Shown: piece after piece, positions 13,501-28,500 of the stretch | How positions within the stretch are numbered: position 1 is the first letter of the stretch | How the letters are laid out: every line of letters starts with the position of its first letter | Source: Isurus oxyrinchus | Taxonomy: Eukaryota | Assembly (NCBI GenBank): GCA_026770705.1 | Contig: JANJGN010000021.1 | Coordinates: 107,756,001 to 107,820,000 of the forward strand | Direction of reading: 5' to 3' | DNA length: 64,000 nucleotides | The notes under the pieces: model-generated | What the model saw: the letters and a program-made list of their open reading frames with translations, nothing else | The model's database searches: none | Told to the model about the DNA's origin: nothing | Made by a program: the position numbers and the translations under genes

Positions 13501-16500
13501 CACAGAACTATATACAGTGTGGATTATGGTACAGATCCACAGAGCTATATACACTGTAGATTATGATATAAATCCACAGGACTATATGCACTGTATGCTA
13601 TGGTATAAATCCATAGAACAATATGCACTGTAGATTATGGTACAGATTCACAGAGCCATATATATATTTTATGTATAAATCCAGGGCTATGTACACTGAA
13701 AATTATGGTACTAATCCACAGAGCTATATACACTGTATATTATAGTACAAACCCACAGAGTTGTACACACTATATTATGGTACAGGTCCACAGAGCTATA
13801 TACACTGTATATTATGGTACAAGTCCATAGAGCTATATACACTGTATATTATGGTACAAGTCCACAGAGCTATATACACTGTATATTATGGTACAGGTCC
13901 ACAGAGCTATATACACTGTATATTATGGTACAAGTCCACAGAGCTATATACACTGTATATTATGGTACAAGTCCACAGAGCTATATACACTGTATATTAT
14001 GGTACAAGTCCACAGAGTTATATAAGTCATATATTACTCGCAAGAGGAGCAGATCCCATACAGACAGCAATAACTACCAGACAGCTGGAAATTCCCAATA
14101 GAGTGAATGGTCCTGCTCTGGTGCTTGTGTTTCACTCAGTCAAGCGCCACTCTCCACTTTAACATTATCCAATAGTGAGAGAGAGAGAGAGACAGAGAGA
14201 GAGAGAGATGAACAGGGCATTTGGAGCCTCAGTTAGACTAACAGGAGTCACCAACATCAGCCAGCAATCTGACCCAAGAACACTGGATAATAATTGTTTC
14301 AGACTTCATCCCCAGCAGAAAGGGAGCAGGAAGCCTCACAGGGAATAGGAATGATAGAGATGATGAGGAATGAGAATTGAAGAGATGACGAGGAATGAGA
14401 ATTGAAGAGATGACGAGGAATGAGAATTGAAGAGATGACGAGGAATGAGAATTGAAGAGATGACGGGGAATGAGAATTGAAGAGATGACGAGGAATGAGA
14501 ATTGAAGAGATGACGGGGAATGAGAATTGAAGAGATGACGAGGAATGAGAATTGAAGAGATGACGAGGAATGAGAATTGAAGAGATGACGGGGAATGAGA
14601 ATTGAGATGACGAGGATTGAGAATTGAAGAGATGACGAGGAATGAGAATTGATGAGTTTTTAAAAATCATTTATTCTTGGGGATTTGGGCTTCGCTGGCT
14701 GGGCCAGCATTTATCACCCATCTCTAATTGCCCTTGAGAAGGTGGTGGTGAGCTGCCTTCTTGAACTGCTGCAGTCCATGTGGTGTAGGTACGCCCTTGG
14801 TGCTGATTTCCTGTAGTGGTTTGATGCAACTGAGTGACAATTGTTAGGCTATTTCAGAGGACAGTGAAGAGTCAACCAGAGGGAAAAGTGAATAGGAAAG
14901 ATGACAAGGAATGGAACCCAAAAGATCAGAATGGATGGGAATTAAAGAGATAACAAGAAATGGTTAAGAAATCATTCCTTGGTTTACAGTAGAACTATAT
15001 ATTTATATACAGGATATGAATATATAAAAAGGAGAGAGAGAGAGACACACACATCCCAAAAACAGCCAGACAGAGAGACAAATTTCAATGCTTGCACCAA
15101 CGTGGGAGGAAAGTTGGCCCAATGAAACTTGCCACTTCTGGTGTTTTGGAGAAGTAGGTTGAGGTTACCATGGTAACAGGGATGCTCTCCATAGATGAAA
15201 GTCAGGAAATATTTGCCCCTTTGCGCCAAAAGGGCACAGTGGAACTATTTCCGGCCTGCAAGAAATCCTCGCTGGGTCGCACAGCTACCTGTGGTTGACA
15301 CGACGATGGAAAGTGGGCTGGTGTGACGGCCACTGGACACTCCGTAGATGTAGATGGTGTACTTGGTGGTAGGCTTGAGGCCTAGGAGGACGTATGATCG
15401 CCGGTTACCAGTCACCCTGAGCTTCCGCACCTCCTCGGAGCCCTGGGCTCTGTACTGAATGACGTAGGAGTCAAAGGCCCATTGCGTCGACCAGGAGAGC
15501 TCCACTGAGTCAGCCATGATGTTAGAGACCGAGAGGCTGCCCAGAGCCCTGGTTTGACCCAGTCTTACACCTTCCTTCACTATGGAAGCTAGAGGCAAGA
15601 GACAAGCGGGTAAAATATCAAATTAAAAAATACCAAGAGTTTCCGCCTGGAAAAATTAAGAACTTGCATTTCAGTGGTGCACTTCACCACCTCAGAACTT
15701 CTCAAAGACACTGAAATAGTTTTGAAGTGTAGTCACTGTTGCATTGTGGGAAACAGGGCAACCAATTTACATAAGCAAACTCCCACACACAGCAATGACC
15801 AAATAATCTGCCTTTTAGTGATGTTGATTGAGGGATAAATATTTGCAGGACACCAGTGAGAACTCCCCTGATCTTCTTTGAAATAGTGGCTTTGGGATCT
15901 TCTCCACCCGCCTGAGGAGGCAGACGGGGCATTGGTTTAACGCCTCATCCGAAAGAGGGCACCTCTGATGGTGCAGCACTCCGTGGGAGTGTCAGCCTGG
16001 ATTACATGTGACTCCTACAGTAAGGACTCAAACCCTCTGACTCAGAGGCCAGAGCATGACACATTGAACAATGTTGCTTCGTGAATTCTTTCGGTCCGCT
16101 ATTGGCTTATGGAGGTATTCGGGCACCAGGGGCAGCGCAGAGAAGAAGCCGCAATGTCAGAGGGTCTGAGCAATAAGGAAGGACTGGAGAGACATGGGCT
16201 ATGCGCCCTGGAAAGGCGGCATCCGAGAAATGATCATATGGGAGGGTTAGAGATTGATTTGATGAGTTTACATTACTTTAAACTTAACTGTGAGAATAAG
16301 GCAAGGAGACACAAGTTAAAATCAGGAAGAGGTAATTGGCGCAGTGATGTCATGAGATTCTTTTGTGCACTTTGTGCGATGATGGGAAACAGCCCATGTC
16401 GAATCAGCTGTCTATGTACATTCCCTTTGATTGAATTACACACTATTAATAACTCAGAAACAGGCCATTCAGTCCAACCAGCCAATGCTAGCTTTTATGG

Positions 16501-19500
16501 TCCAAAGGCCTCCTTGGTCTCATGCCTCTGCATCTCACCCTATCTTCCACACACAGAAGGAACAACACACACAGGTTCATGACATCAATCTTATTCTAAA
16601 ATGGAAGCGATTACCATAGTAACAGGGCTGGCTACAAGTTGAATTGGATCAGGGAGGCGGAGGGAATATATTTCCTGGAGCGCACACAGTAATTTAACCT
16701 CTCGTTTTATCGCAAGATACCTGTGGTGGAAGCCACAAAGGCCATCAGCTTTGTCATTTGGCTTTCAAAGACCCCATAGAGATAGATGGTGTATTTGGTG
16801 CTAGGCCTGAGGCCTGTGATGAAGAATGACCTCTGATCTCCAGCCACAGTCAGGTTCCTCATACTCTGTGAGCCGTGGGCTCGGTACTGGATCAGAAAGA
16901 ACTCGTAGACCCGCCCCGCCGTCCAGGAGAGCTGGAGGGAGTTGGCGGCGACATTAGAGATGCCAGGCCTGACTGGGACCCTCGGTGTTGGACTAACTTC
17001 ACCTGTGGAGGCGAAAGGAGAAAAAGCAGGTGAGAATTGTTACTGGCTGAAAGCTCCTAACGTCACCGAGCAACCGTCATTGAGTGGTGAGAGTGCAGAA
17101 GGAGGCCATTCAGCCCAAAATGTCTGTACTGGCTCGCTGCAAGAACAACTCACCTTGTGCCATTTTCCCGCCTTCTCCCTGTAGCCCTGCAAATCTTTCC
17201 TCTTCGGAAAATGATCCAATTACCTTTCCAATGCCCGATTGAATCCACCTCCACCACACACTCAGGCAGTGCATTCCAGATCCTAACCACTCGCTGCGTG
17301 AAAAAGCTTTTCCTCATGTTGGCCTTGCTTTTTTTACCAATCATTTTAAATCAGCATCTTCTGGTTTTCGGCCCTCCCACCAGTGGAAACAGTTTCTCCC
17401 TATTGACACTGTCCAGGCCCCTCAGGATTTTGAGCACCTCTATCAGAGAACCACAATTCATTCCTTTACAGGACCTCAATTGAAGCACTCAATTATTGAC
17501 AAGTTTTGTGTGAGCCCATGGGAAAAGAGTGGGGTTCGAGGAGACATTTTGGTGATGCAGCGAGCTGTGCTCTGGAACGTGCTGCCTGAAAGGCCAATGG
17601 ACGCAGGTTCAGCTGTAACTTTCAAAGGGAGTTGGATAAGTGCTTGCAAAGGAGATTTTTGCAAGGGTGTGGGTTAGCACAGGGGCATGGGACTAATTGG
17701 AGAGCTCTTTCAGAGACTGGCACAGACATGAGGGGCCAAATGGCCTCCTTTATCTGTTCTGTAAGGTGTTATGAATTCCATGCTTTATTGGAAGATCGGG
17801 AACTGGCAGCTCAGCTGAAAGGCAGACTTGGCAATGCAGCAGTAGGCCAAAGTTTCAGGTTATAGGGAAAATTTCCCATGCAGCTACCAAGCACAAGCTA
17901 GCACAGGACTAGCCTGTAACCAGGTAGTTGACATAACATGAGAGACACACAGACAAGACAGGCTGATCCTGTTGGTAGCATGAGGGAATGTAACAAAACA
18001 ACTGAGTGATCTTCAATTGACCTCTAATGAGGAACAAGCAATTGAAAGGAGTCCTGGAAAGAGTTATCATCTATTAGTGGAGCTTGGAAAACCAGGAATG
18101 CAGATGGAATGGCACTGGGAACCATCCTGATTATTTAAGGAATGGAGAGGAGTAGAGAGAGAATTAAATGTTCAGTGAGACATAATTAAACCAAGTGATA
18201 TGAAGAGCATCAGTTGTTGATTGGCTGGAGAAACAAGGGGCTGAAAAGGTGCCTCAGATTCTTCTGGAATGGAAGGAAAACTGGGAAATGTCCCAGGGGA
18301 TGGGATTTGAAGAGATGACAAGGAATGGGAATTGAAGAGACGACCTGGAATGGGAATTGAAGAGACGACCTGGAATGGGAATTGAAGAGACGACCTGGAA
18401 TGGGAATTGAAGAGACGACCTGGAATGGGAATTGAAGAGACGACCTGGAATGGGAATTGAAGAGACGACCTGGAGTGGGATTTGAAGAGATGACCAGGAG
18501 TGGGATTTGAAGAGATGACCAGCAATGGGATTTGAAGAGATGACCAGGAATGGGATTTGAAGAGATGACCAGGAATGGGATTTGAAGAGATGACCAGCAA
18601 TGGGATTTGAAGAGATGACCAGCAATGGGATTTGAAGAGATGACCAGGAATGGGATTTGAAGGGATGACAAGGAATGGGATTTGAAGGGATCACAGGGAA
18701 TGGGAGATGAATAAATGACAAGGAATGTGAAATGAACAGGTCACACGGAATGAAAAGAATGGCTGAGGGCAGGACTGTATACTTTTATAGAGGATATGAA
18801 TATATAATAGAGTGAGAGTTTCCATATGCAAACAACCAGAGAGAGAGGGATAGGCCTTCTGTCATTCAGAGAGCTTGCAGAAACCTGATCCCCTGAGCAA
18901 GCTGTATGGAGCTTGGTGTTCCCTGAAGGGGACTTTCCTGCTACTCTCCGGACTCAAAGCCCAGCTGGTCTGAAGCCTGCGGCCTACTATGCCCATGAAC
19001 CACACAAGTGTGTCAGAGGCTTTAGCCTTTAGGCCAGGGAGATCCCAGCTGAATTACTGAGGAGATCTCACGGTACTGGCCAATTATTCAGAAAGAAATA
19101 TTTGCCTTCTCCATTCGAAAGGGCTGAGGAAGTATTTCCCATCAGATCTGTCGCAGCCAGTGTACCTTTGGTGGTGGCAGCAGTAGACTGGGGGGTTGTG
19201 TGGTGGCCGCTGGAAACCCCGTAGAGGTAGAAGGTGTACTTGGTAGTAGGCCTGAGGCCTGTGATGGTGTGTGATCGACTGTGGCCACTCACGGACAGTT
19301 TCCGCACCTCCTCCGACCCCTGGGCTCTGTACTGCACGGCGTAGGAGTCAAAGTCTCTCTCGGCTAACCAGGAAAGCCTAACCGAGTGAGGTGTCAGGGC
19401 CAAAGCGGAAAGGCCACCTAACTCCATCGTCTCACTGGGCTCCGTGACAACGGTTCCTGTGGAAGCTATAACAACAATAACAACAACTTGCATTTATACA

Positions 19501-22500
19501 GCACCTTTAAAAAGAGTAAAATGCCCTCCCATCGGGCAGTTCACGAGTGCGATTATCAAACAATGCTTCACACTGAGTCACAGCAGGAGTTACTAAGACA
19601 GATGACCGAAGCTGGTCAAAGAGGTCGGTTTTAAGGAGCTTTGTAAAGGAGGAGGAGGAGACAGAGAGATTTAGGGAGGGAATTCTAGAGCTTAGGGTCC
19701 ATAGGCAATTGAAGGCACAGCTGCCAATGGTAGAGCGATTAAAATCAGGGATGCTCAATAGGCCAGAATTACATGAGCGCAGATACCTCAGAGGGTTGTG
19801 GGGCTGGAGGAGATGACAGAGATCAGGAGGGGTATGACACTGTAGGGATTTGAAAACAAGGATGAGAATTGTAAAATCGAGACATTATTTGACCAGGAGC
19901 TAATGTAGGTGAGTGGGACTTGGTGCTTGTTGGGATATGGAGGTAGACACAGACACAGATGTGAAGGGTTATTGATGGTCACACTGCAACCACGCCTGAG
20001 CAAAGGTAAGGTGCAGGTGGAGCGGAAGACAACCACAAGGACCCTGAATGGGTAAAACACTTGAAGGCTAGAGGCTATCCATTGACAACTGATAGTTTGC
20101 AATAACCGGTGGACAAAATGGCCGATGATCTGCACTTGACATCTTGCCCCATCTTGTTGGTGCTGAGACACTGGTCTTCAGGTATAACTGTCACCTAGAG
20201 TGGCCACGTTTCAGCAGGAGTTAAAGTCATGGCTTGTCACTGTTTAAGGACCATCCCTCAGCAATGTCTGCTGGTTAATCAGGGCCGCATAAAATGCCCG
20301 TGATTTTCCAATATTTTGGTGGGGGGGGTGCGGTGGTGAGTGTGAGGGATGCAGGGGATGGGGAGTGCGAGGAAAGAGGGAGATGGATGGGTGTGGAACA
20401 TTAGTGTGTGGGCAAGGCTGTAATGTTGCCATGTGTGCTGTTCTGGACCTGAACAAAGTCCTCACTGGGTAAATATCCAGGGAAATAGAACATGAGCAAG
20501 AAACTGGCATCACTTTATAAACCAATGACTGAGAAATACTGATACCATAAAGACAGAATCAAGAAAACAGACAAGCTCGATCACCTAGGCTGCAGTAAAC
20601 AGTCTTGAGTTGTCAGCTATTCTCACTTTAAGGGCCTCAAGTCTGCAATGAGCCCATTTCAAGGTCAGCCACCATTAAAACCCAATCTACTGAGTTCATG
20701 GACACATTACCTTGTTGTTTTGAAGGGAGCTGGGAAAGTAGGTATAAATAACTTGCCCAGAAAACAACAGTTAAAAGGATAAAATGAATGTGGACGCACT
20801 CCTCAGATTAATTTTTAAAAAATACCTGTGGTGGTCACTATACTGGTCAGTGGCTTTGTGCGCTGACCCTTAGCGACCCCATAGAGATGGACGGTGTAGA
20901 CGGTGATAGGCCTCAGGCCTTTGATGAAGGAGGACCTCTGGTCACCAGCCACTGTGAGGTTGTGCACATCCTGGGGTTCTGCGGCGCTGTACTGTATCAG
21001 AAAGGAATCAAAGCCCTTGCTTGCCGTCCAAGAGAGTTGGAAGGACTGAGTCGTGATGTGAGAGACAGAAACGTCGCCAAGTTTACTTGGCTTCACAGTG
21101 TCTTTAACTGTGGAGGCTGAGAAAGAGAGAAAAAGGAGATGTTTTATTGGATAGCAAGGGTGATCCTAAGGCCAATGTGGCAGGCTCTGGATGGCTACCG
21201 AGTTCCAATCACAGCTCGCGTGTTGAAACAAACGTGGACAGGATCAGGAACTGACACCCAGCTCCTCAAAGAAACACTTGAAAGGAAGCGGCCAAAAGAG
21301 GCTTTGGGACAAACACAGGAACAGGAGCATGCCCAATCAGCACCGGGTCCTGCACAGCCACAGATGACAGCTGACCTCTGCCGAACTCTAACCCAATGAA
21401 AATGTCAATCTCAAATTGACCCGCCATTCCAGCGGAGAGAGTTCCAGGTTTCCATGACCCTTTGGGTAAAAAGATTTGTCCTGTTTCATTCCCGAAAGGC
21501 CTTGCTCACATTTTTAGCATGGCTCCTGGCTCTTGAATCCCCCACCAGTTTCTCTCCATCTATCCTATTAATCTGAACACGCCAATCTAATCTCAAGGGG
21601 TCAAGCCAACATGATCCAAACTTAAGCTGAAGGCAAAACACTGCAGATACTGGAAATCTGAAACAAAAACAAAAAATGCAGGAAAAACAAGTCCATAACA
21701 CGGACTCAAAACGCTGTCAGACCTGCTGAGTTTTCCCAGCATTTTCTATTTATGTTTCATGATCCAAACCTATCCTCATTGCTTACCCCACTAATTGCAG
21801 AAAAGCCCAGAACGTTAAAACAAAATTTGACAATCTGAAGTTGGCCTTCCGCTTTCCTTCTGGTCCTTCAACAGCAGAAAAGGACCTGGATTATCAACAC
21901 AGAGAAAATCGCATTCACTGGGATAAAAAGACAAGTTTCCTGTAGTTCAGAGCAGCAAGCGGATCACGTTTGAAAATCTCTGCTGGAACCCCTGGAGCAC
22001 AACCGGATTCTCCTGAGCACCTCCGATACCCCCTCCACTGAGTGCCCAGGGCTCGACTGCGAAAGACTCATACTGACGGATAGCCCTGTATCTATGGCAA
22101 CAGAGGGGTAAAATATTAAAAGTGATTCCTGATGGACCTGTGCAAGTTAAAAGGAGCACACAGACTGCTGAGTTTGGCCCTGACATGATTTCTTGATTAA
22201 TCTCCCTCATCTCATTGGTCTGCCAGAGAAAAAAATAAGGAAAAGATGTCCTTTTTCGAGGGGAAGAAGCAACAGAAATTCAAAGGTTTCAGTGGAGATA
22301 CCTGAGGTATTGGCGGAAGTGGTCAGTGGCCTAGTGCGTTGGCCACCAGATACCCCATAGAGATGGAGCCTATAGGCGGTGGTAGGCCTCAGGCCTGTGA
22401 TGACGGTGGATCGACGGTCACTGGTTACCGTGAGGGTTCTCACATCCTCAGAGTCCTCGAGCCCGTATTCGATGAGAAAGGAATCATAGGTCCTCTCTGT

Positions 22501-25500
22501 TTCCCAGGAGAGTTTGAGGGATTGGGCCGTGACCTTAGACACGGAGAAATTGTCCAGATCCGCCACTTCGATCGGCCTCTGACCCTCTTTATCTGTGGAG
22601 ACTACAATTTAAAATAAAAACAATTATCGTTAATCGGCCGTCTGGCCTGACCTGAGGAGAAAGATTGAGTGAGTTCTGGACAGGAAATTGAGGAAAAGCA
22701 AATCCCAATGAGGAGAGGAAGAGAGAGGAACACTCCTTAACTCATCTGAGATTCTCCCCTCTATCCCAGTGCGGAACTCACTCCAGCATTGACGGAGAAT
22801 TCAGCTGAGAAAAGATGCTCCGAAAGTCAATGGTGCTGCAGGGAATGCAAGATTTAACGAACCTCAAAAGAGGCTGAAGCAGACTCCAAGAGCAACAGCA
22901 ACTTGCATTTATCTAGCTATTCCAACTATTGTTAGAATAGTCAAATATCCCAATGGGCATCACTGGAGCATTTTCAGATGGAATTTAACAGGCAGATACA
23001 TAAAGAGATATCAGAACAGATAATGGAAAGCTTGGCCAAAGAGGTAGAATTTAACAGAGAACAGAGCTAGTTTGAGAGGTTGAAGAATATGGACATTATT
23101 AGTATGAATAGATCAGTTAGAGTCTAGGCACATTCTGAATCGCTTTAGTCTTTGTCACTGAACCAGAGAAACTGTGAAAGACTAACAGGAAACTTCGATA
23201 AACACAACCTAAATAAACCTGTAGGGAAACCATACACCAAAACACCGAGAATTCAATGTCCAGTCTGATTACTTGTAAATCTAAAAGGAGCTTCACTGGT
23301 TTTAGGTGTGTAACTGGGTTTAATAACACCCTGAGATCCAACCCAGCTCAGCCTGTCAGAAATATCCCGATGGGAAATTTTGCGGCTTTACACTGAAACA
23401 TAAGTTCTGTAGGGACCTCACACGTGAGAATCAGAACACAACTTCAACTAAGACACGGACAGTTCACAGGGAATAAACACATCTAGGTCCGAAACCTTCC
23501 TGAAGAAACTCAAGGCACAATGTATTAACAGGAAGGCAGGTTAGAGGATCAAAAAATGATAGATGACAGAGGGAGGACATTCTGCCCATGGTGCCTGTGC
23601 CGGATCTTTGAAAGATCAATCCAATTAGTCCTGCCACGGCAACACTTTCCCCATAACCGAGTTACTTTTTCCCCTTCAAGTATTTATCTGAGTCTCTTTA
23701 CACTTGTTATTGAACCATCTTCCACCATCTCCTCAGTGTTTGTCCAGATTGTTGTGTATTAAATGTTTCCTCATGTTGTTTCTGGTTATTTTGCCAATCC
23801 CCTTCAATCTGTGCCCTCTGGTTACCAACCTTCCTGCCACTGGAAAATGTTTGGAATCCCAGAGTCATGAACATTTACTTCACGGAGAAGGCCTTTTGGC
23901 CCATTATGTTCCTGCAAGGTTAGTTCACCACTGCTACTTCCCCATCCGTTTTTCTGTCGTTCTGCAAATTTGCTCTGCTCAGGTAATTATCCAATTCTCT
24001 TTTGAAAGCCCCTGTCGAATCTAGCTCCACCGCAGTATCAGGCAGTGTATACCACATTTATATAAGTGTATATCCTCTGTTTAAACCCTTCTAGATTTTA
24101 AACTCTTTCAAATCTCTCCTTCGTCTTATCTGCTCCAAGGAGAACAATCTGATCTCCAGTCTCTCCACATAACTGAAGTTCCTACTCCCTGGAACCATTC
24201 TAGTGAATCTCCATTGCACTCTTTCCAAGGCCTGCACATCCTTCCTGAAGGGTGGTTCATGAACGATAAAGAGATTGACAGAAATGAGAGGAAGGAAATA
24301 CCTCATCTTTGACCACGTTTGTGAGGCCTGGGGTAGCGGAAGAGCATGAGATAAAGTCGCAGACACATCATCATACGCATGGCCAATAGGAACCATCAGT
24401 CATTGTTCTGGTGGTACAGGTCAGAGAAGGAAAGTTGGCCAACCATGATGTGTTGCTCAGTTTTCCTATCAGGAGCAGCAGAAAGATGATCAGGAAAAGG
24501 CATTGGGAAGCACATGATTCACAAGGATGAATCACTGGAGGATATTTATACGCAGCCCCCATTGCAGGCATGGGTTATAAATATAGATGAGCCTGCACAT
24601 CCTCACAGGGAGAGTTTAGACCAGATTTGGAAGCCTCAATGCCGGCTGATGTGGTAACTGGGCACCATCACTTGTGACTTTGCGGCAGTGAATACACGAG
24701 GTTCTGACTTTCCGGCTCAGAGACAATCACTGCTCCCACTGATCGGAACACTGAGCTTCTCGGTCTATGACAGTCATTGGTCAGAGTGACCGGCATCGCC
24801 ATAGCAACCGATAAAAGGTTTGGAATGGAAGAGGGAGAAAGAGTATCGACAGCCAACAATCCCATCGGAGATGGGAATTTAAAGCAGACGTAATATTTTC
24901 CCTCGGAAAGGCATCCGGTGAGAAATGAGGAAAATATTTTTTGCTGACTGTGGTAGTAAAAGACGGAGAATGCAGGCATTTCACCGGGAATTGTGATGGC
25001 GATTGGCTGAACGATAGGTACCTCTTGTGGTGATTACAATTGTCGATGGACCTGAGCGTTGACCTCTGGAAATCGCATAGACATAGATGGTGTATTTGGT
25101 GTTAGGCCTCAGACCTGTGATGAGGTAGGAGCGCCGATTGGCCGTCACCGTCAGGTTCCGCACACTCTGCGAGCCCTGGGCTCTGTATTGGATCAGGAAG
25201 GAATCAAAGACCAACTGTGTCGTCCAGGAGATCCGCACCGAGTGGGGAGTCACCCCGGAAATGGAAAGAGCGCCGAGTTTAACGGGTTTGACTGCATCTT
25301 TATCTGTGGAGTCTCAAAGGAGGGTGGGGAGGAAAGAACAGAGGTAAAATGTTCACCAGCGGCTTGAATCCACACCCAAATCAACAAAGTCAGAGAAACC
25401 CCAAAGTAAAACCAGCATCCAAAACGATTCCCACCAATCAGAATCACTTCTGTGTGACTCCCTACGCAGCCTGTAAGATGCTCTTGGATGCTGAGGTCCA

Positions 25501-28500
25501 CCTCAGTCACTGTGACACACTAAGTTTGGCCGTAAACCGACAAACTTTCACCTCACGGTAAACAATGTAACAATGGGGATGGAGTTGTATTGTCTGCACA
25601 GCGTGACAGCGAGCGTGTGACAGGAGGTTTGTGTCACCTGTCCAGGAAGAGGGCGCTACATACTGAGTTTTCATACAGCACTTCACAACAAACTCGGACT
25701 GTTTCTACCATTACTGTGTTAAAAAGAAAGGCTTTGATTGGATAGAGCAGCTCATTCTCCAGCATCATCCCAATGTTCTTCACTGAAGTGAGCAGCCATT
25801 GTTATTAGGGACAATTAACAAAGAACAATGAGATGAATGAGGTGCTGACTCGAGCCATGGATCTGGGAGTTGGGGTTTTGAACAGCAACATCAAACTTGC
25901 ATTAACTTTGTGCCTTTAATATTGCAAAATCAGCCCTGACACTGGGAATATTGGACAGAATACTGGAAATATTTGACAGAATACCAGGAAGTATTGGAAG
26001 TATCAGGAATATTGGATTCTCAGTAATATTTTAATAATATGATATCGATAATATATTATAATATAGTATTGTGTTAGCCAGTCTAAATGTAAATATTGGA
26101 CTGGACACCTGGAACATTCCCCAGTACATTGGGAATATTGGGCAGGGCACCAGAAATACTGGGAAATATTGGACTGGACAGTGAAACTACTGGACTGGAC
26201 GGTGCAAATCTTGGAGTGGACATTGGGAATTTTGGAGTGGACATTGGGAATATTGCACTGGACAGTTGGGATAATTGGACTGGACAGTGATGAGTATTGG
26301 ACTGGACACTGGGGAGTATTGAACTGGACAGTGGTTAATATTGGATTGGACAATGGGGAATGTTGCACTGGACTCTGGGAATATTGGACAGGACAGTTGG
26401 AAATGTTGGACTGGACCCTGGGAATATTGGACAGGACAGTTGGAAATATTGGACTGCACACTGGGGAGTATTGGACTGGACAGTGGGGAGTATTGGACTG
26501 GACATTGGGGAGGGAATATTGGATTGGACAATGGGGAATATCAGACTGGACCCTGGGAATATCGGACAGGATAGTGGAAATATTGGACTGGACACTGGAA
26601 TATTGCACTGAATGCTGTGATGTCCTGTGGCTGAGATGATTGGTTTCTGACATTTGGATCAAACAGATCTAACACGTTGTAAGTTGCAGTCAAGGGACTG
26701 AAACAAGTTTCCTGCAGATCAGAGTAGCAGATCTGTCATCTTCGAACTGATCGGGGCTGGGAGACACCTTACCCTCCCCCCGAATGCCCAGGACCTGCCT
26801 GGTATACTCAGCTCTGATGTTGGTAAAGGTCCCATATCTATAGCAATAGAATGATTTCTGTTGGAGCTGTGCAAGTTAGAATGAAAGCACCCACTCATGA
26901 GAGTGGTCCCCAAACATTTTCTTGGTCAATTTCCCTCTGACAGAGAAACATTCAGGGATAGTTTTCCTTTTTGTAGGTTAGGAAGTAACAGAAATTACAA
27001 AGTATCACTCGTTTTCAGTGGAAATACCTGAGGTGTTGGTGGAAGTGGTCAGTGGCCTGGTGCGTTGGCCACCAGACACCCCATAGAGATGGAGCCTGTA
27101 GGCGGTGGTAGGCCTCAGGCCTGTGATGACAGTGGATCGACGGTCACCGGTTACCGTGAGGTTTCTCACATCCTCAGAGCCCTCGAGCCCATATTCGATG
27201 AGAAAGGAATCATAGGTCCTCTCTGTTCCCCAGGAGAGTTTGAGGGATTGGGCCGTGACCTTAGACACGGAGAAATTGTCCAGATCCGCCACTTCGATCG
27301 GCCTCTGACTTTCTTTATCTATGAAGACTATAATTTAAAATAAAAACAATGATCATTAATCGGCCCTTTGGCCTGACCTGAGGAGAAAGGTCGAGTGAGT
27401 TCTGGACAAGAAATGAAGGAAAAGCAATTCCCAATGAGAAGAGGAAGAGAGAAGAACACTCCTTAACTCATCTGAGATTCTCCCCTCTATCCCAGTGCGG
27501 AACTCACTCCAACATTGACAAAGAATTCAGCTGAGAAAAGATGATCTTAAAGTCAATGGTGCCTCAAGGAATGCAAGTTTTAATGGCATCTCAACAGCAG
27601 CTGAAGCAGATGCTGAGAACAACAACAACTTGCATTTATCTAGCACTGTTAGAAGAGTCAAACATCCGAATGCCCATCATAGAAATGTTTTCAGATGGAA
27701 TTTAACAGCGAGACACATATAGAGATATCAGAACAGGTAATGGAAAGCTTGGCCAAAGAGGTAGAATTTAACAGAGAACAGATCTAGTTCGAGAGGTTGA
27801 AGAATACAGACAGAAGGGTAATAATGTCCATTATTAGAATGAATAGACCTGGTTGAGTCTCAGCACATTCTGAACTGCTTTTGTCTTTATGTCACTGAAC
27901 CAGACAAACTCTGATAGACTAACAGGAAACTTCGATAAGCACAGACTCAATAGACCTGTAGGGACACCTTACATCACAACATTGAGAATTCAATGTCCAG
28001 TCTGCTTACTTGTAAATCTAACAGGAGCTTCACTGGATTCAGGAGTGCAACTGGGTTTAATAACACCCTGATATCCAACCCAGCTCAGCCTGCAGGATTC
28101 ACCCAACCCGAAATTTCCCCAGCTTTTCACTGAAACAAATAGTTCTGTAGGGACCTCACACGTGAGAATCAGAACACAATTTACTTCAACTAAAACACAG
28201 ACAATAAACGGGAAATAAACACATCCAGGTCTGAAAGCTTCCTGAAGAAACCCAAGGCACAATGTCTTTTATTAAAAGGAAGGCAGGTCAGAGGATCACA
28301 AAATGACACTGGAATTTGTTTGGAATCCTAGACTCATGAATGTTTATCTCATGGAGGAGGCCTTTTGGCCAATTGTTTCCCTGCCAGCCCTCTGCAAGGT
28401 CAGTTCACCACTGCTACTCCCCCGCCCGTTTCTCTGTCATTCTGGAAATCTGCTCTGCTCAGGTAATTATCCAATTCTCTATAGACAACCTATATTGAAC

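Noticed and set aside
13368-14025. CRISPR-like periodicity of the 37-bp repeat (also the 33-bp and 25-bp repeats)
   Set aside because: Units are head-to-tail with no unique spacers, there are no cas genes, and the context is a vertebrate intron
24981-27027. Conserved read-through tails after donors (GTYRSANCHHNSR-stop, GISTENE-stop) as alternative C-termini
   Set aside because: Their conservation is explained by recent duplication of whole introns; I saw no independent sign of terminal-exon use
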